A stretch of DNA of 64,000 bases from the sequence record EU863408. The stretch is one strand, 5' to 3'. The position numbers and the translations under genes are program-made. Every line of letters starts with the position of its first letter. Position 1 is the stretch's first letter. The notes under the pieces were generated by a model. It searched no databases and was not told where the DNA came from. It was given only the letters and a program-made list of their open reading frames with translations. Source of the stretch: Escherichia phage JSE. Below, one piece after another: positions 63,331 to 64,000 of the stretch.

Positions 63331-63359
63331 ATTATGCTATAGTCGTTTATGGTTGTCAA
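63331..63359 (-). promoter_or_regulatory. sigma70-type early promoter
   Basis: minus strand TTGACA, 17-nt spacer, CATAAT; conserved leader. Confidence 0.6.
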
Positions 63360-63364
63360 CACCT

Positions 63365-63396
63365 AAAAACAAAAAACCCCGAAAAATTTTCGGGGT
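63365..63396 (-). terminator. intrinsic terminator after 2H phosphoesterase gene
   Basis: minus RNA ACCCCGAAAA-UUUUUCGGGGU then UUUUUUGUUUUU. Confidence 0.65.
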
Positions 63397-63402
63397 ATAA
63401 AA

Positions 63403-63867
63403 TTACAGTTTGGTCGTCCACTCCAGGTCTAGATCTTCGACATACTCATGAGATCGGACAATCTCTAAATCGAACTCTAGGTCAGTGCCAAATTTACGCG
63501 CACCAACATCATAAGAAAGCGTGATATGCGGTACATATTCAGGATAATCCCACGTCGCGCCTAAAGCAGTGCCGATATCGTGTCTGAATTGCATGTAGTC
63601 GCTTTCAAATGCCAACACAAGCGCATTAGTACCGGATTGAGTTTCAAACACTTTCAGATGGCATAGAGAGCCTAAAAACTTTTCACCCTCTTCTGGGATA
63701 AACGGAACATAGACACGAGAATATAAGATAGTGCTATGCAGTTTATCACGAGGAACGGCATTAGGCAGATCGTAGAACTCCTGCAATTTTTCAATGCGGT
63801 CTAGTGTATCCTCAGTGAATTTAACAGCCGCATATGTACCTTTAACGGATTCTCGAAACGGGGTCAT
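63403..63867 (-). CDS. 2H phosphoesterase (LigT/Acb1-like); candidate anti-CBASS cyclic-nucleotide phosphodiesterase
   Basis: track ORF 63403-63873 (TTG); ATG at 63865-63867 with SD GGAGG; two H-x-T/S motifs (H44-S-T, H114-I-T); position corresponds to T4 57B. Confidence 0.6.
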   Translation of the reverse strand: MTPFRESVKGTYAAVKFTEDTLDRIEKLQEFYDLPNAVPRDKLHSTILYSRVYVPFIPEEGEKFLGSLCHLKVFETQSGTNALVLAFESDYMQFRHDIGTALGATWDYPEYVPHITLSYDVGARKFGTDLEFDLEIVRSHEYVEDLDLEWTTKL

Positions 63868-63869
63868 AA

Positions 63870-64000
63870 TCAAGCCTCCGTGATCAGTTCTACTTCCTCT
63901 TCTGCGTCTTCCGCTGCTTCGTCTTTAGGGAGAAGTGCTTTCACTTCTTCGACAATAGCATCAAGGGAAACAGTCCCGTTTTCGTCTGGCTGAATACCCA
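63870..64000 (-). CDS. hypothetical protein, 5' end outside window (C-terminal 43 codons visible)
   Basis: open frame to window edge ending ...EDAEEEVELITEA; stop 2 nt before downstream ATG. Confidence 0.4.
   Translation of the reverse strand, partial: GIQPDENGTVSLDAIVEEVKALLPKDEAAEDAEEEVELITEA

Overview
This window reads as the left ~64 kb of a T4-like (Tevenvirinae-type) myovirus genome, with almost every gene on the minus strand. Recognisable landmarks in map order: rIIA (truncated at the window edge), an unsplit topoisomerase II large subunit (gene 39 with the gene-60 region fused), dexA, dda, srd, a ModA/ModB-like ADP-ribosyltransferase, dCTPase gp56, primase gp61, helicase gp41, uvsX, DNA polymerase gp43, regA, clamp loader gp62/gp44, clamp gp45, gp46/gp47, late sigma factor gp55, nrdH, nrdG, nrdD, endonuclease VII gp49, nrdC, dam, tk, regB, a GrcA-like glycyl radical protein, and a 2H phosphoesterase at the T4 57B (Acb1) position. 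The strongest findings are two homologous group I introns: an ORF-less one splitting gene 43 exactly at polymerase motif A, and one in nrdD carrying an HNH homing endonuclease gene. Three further free-standing HNH endonuclease genes are present. About 20 near-identical early-promoter cassettes (TTGACA, 17-nt spacer usually holding a GC stem-loop, TATAAT-like box, AGGAGAATCAAA-ATG) precede small early ORFs, consistent with PeSL-type elements. Other points worth a second look are an expanded paralogous protein family in two clusters, a glycine-rich 258-aa early protein, a macro-domain/nucleotidyltransferase pair, a large orphan P-loop NTPase, periplasm-targeted cell-wall enzymes, and clusters of small membrane ORFs. 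No CRISPR array, rRNA or convincing tRNA was seen. Coordinates come from the ORF track, with starts refined by hand where an ATG plus Shine-Dalgarno sits downstream of a promoter; all homology calls are from motif recognition and recalled T4 sequences, not database searches.
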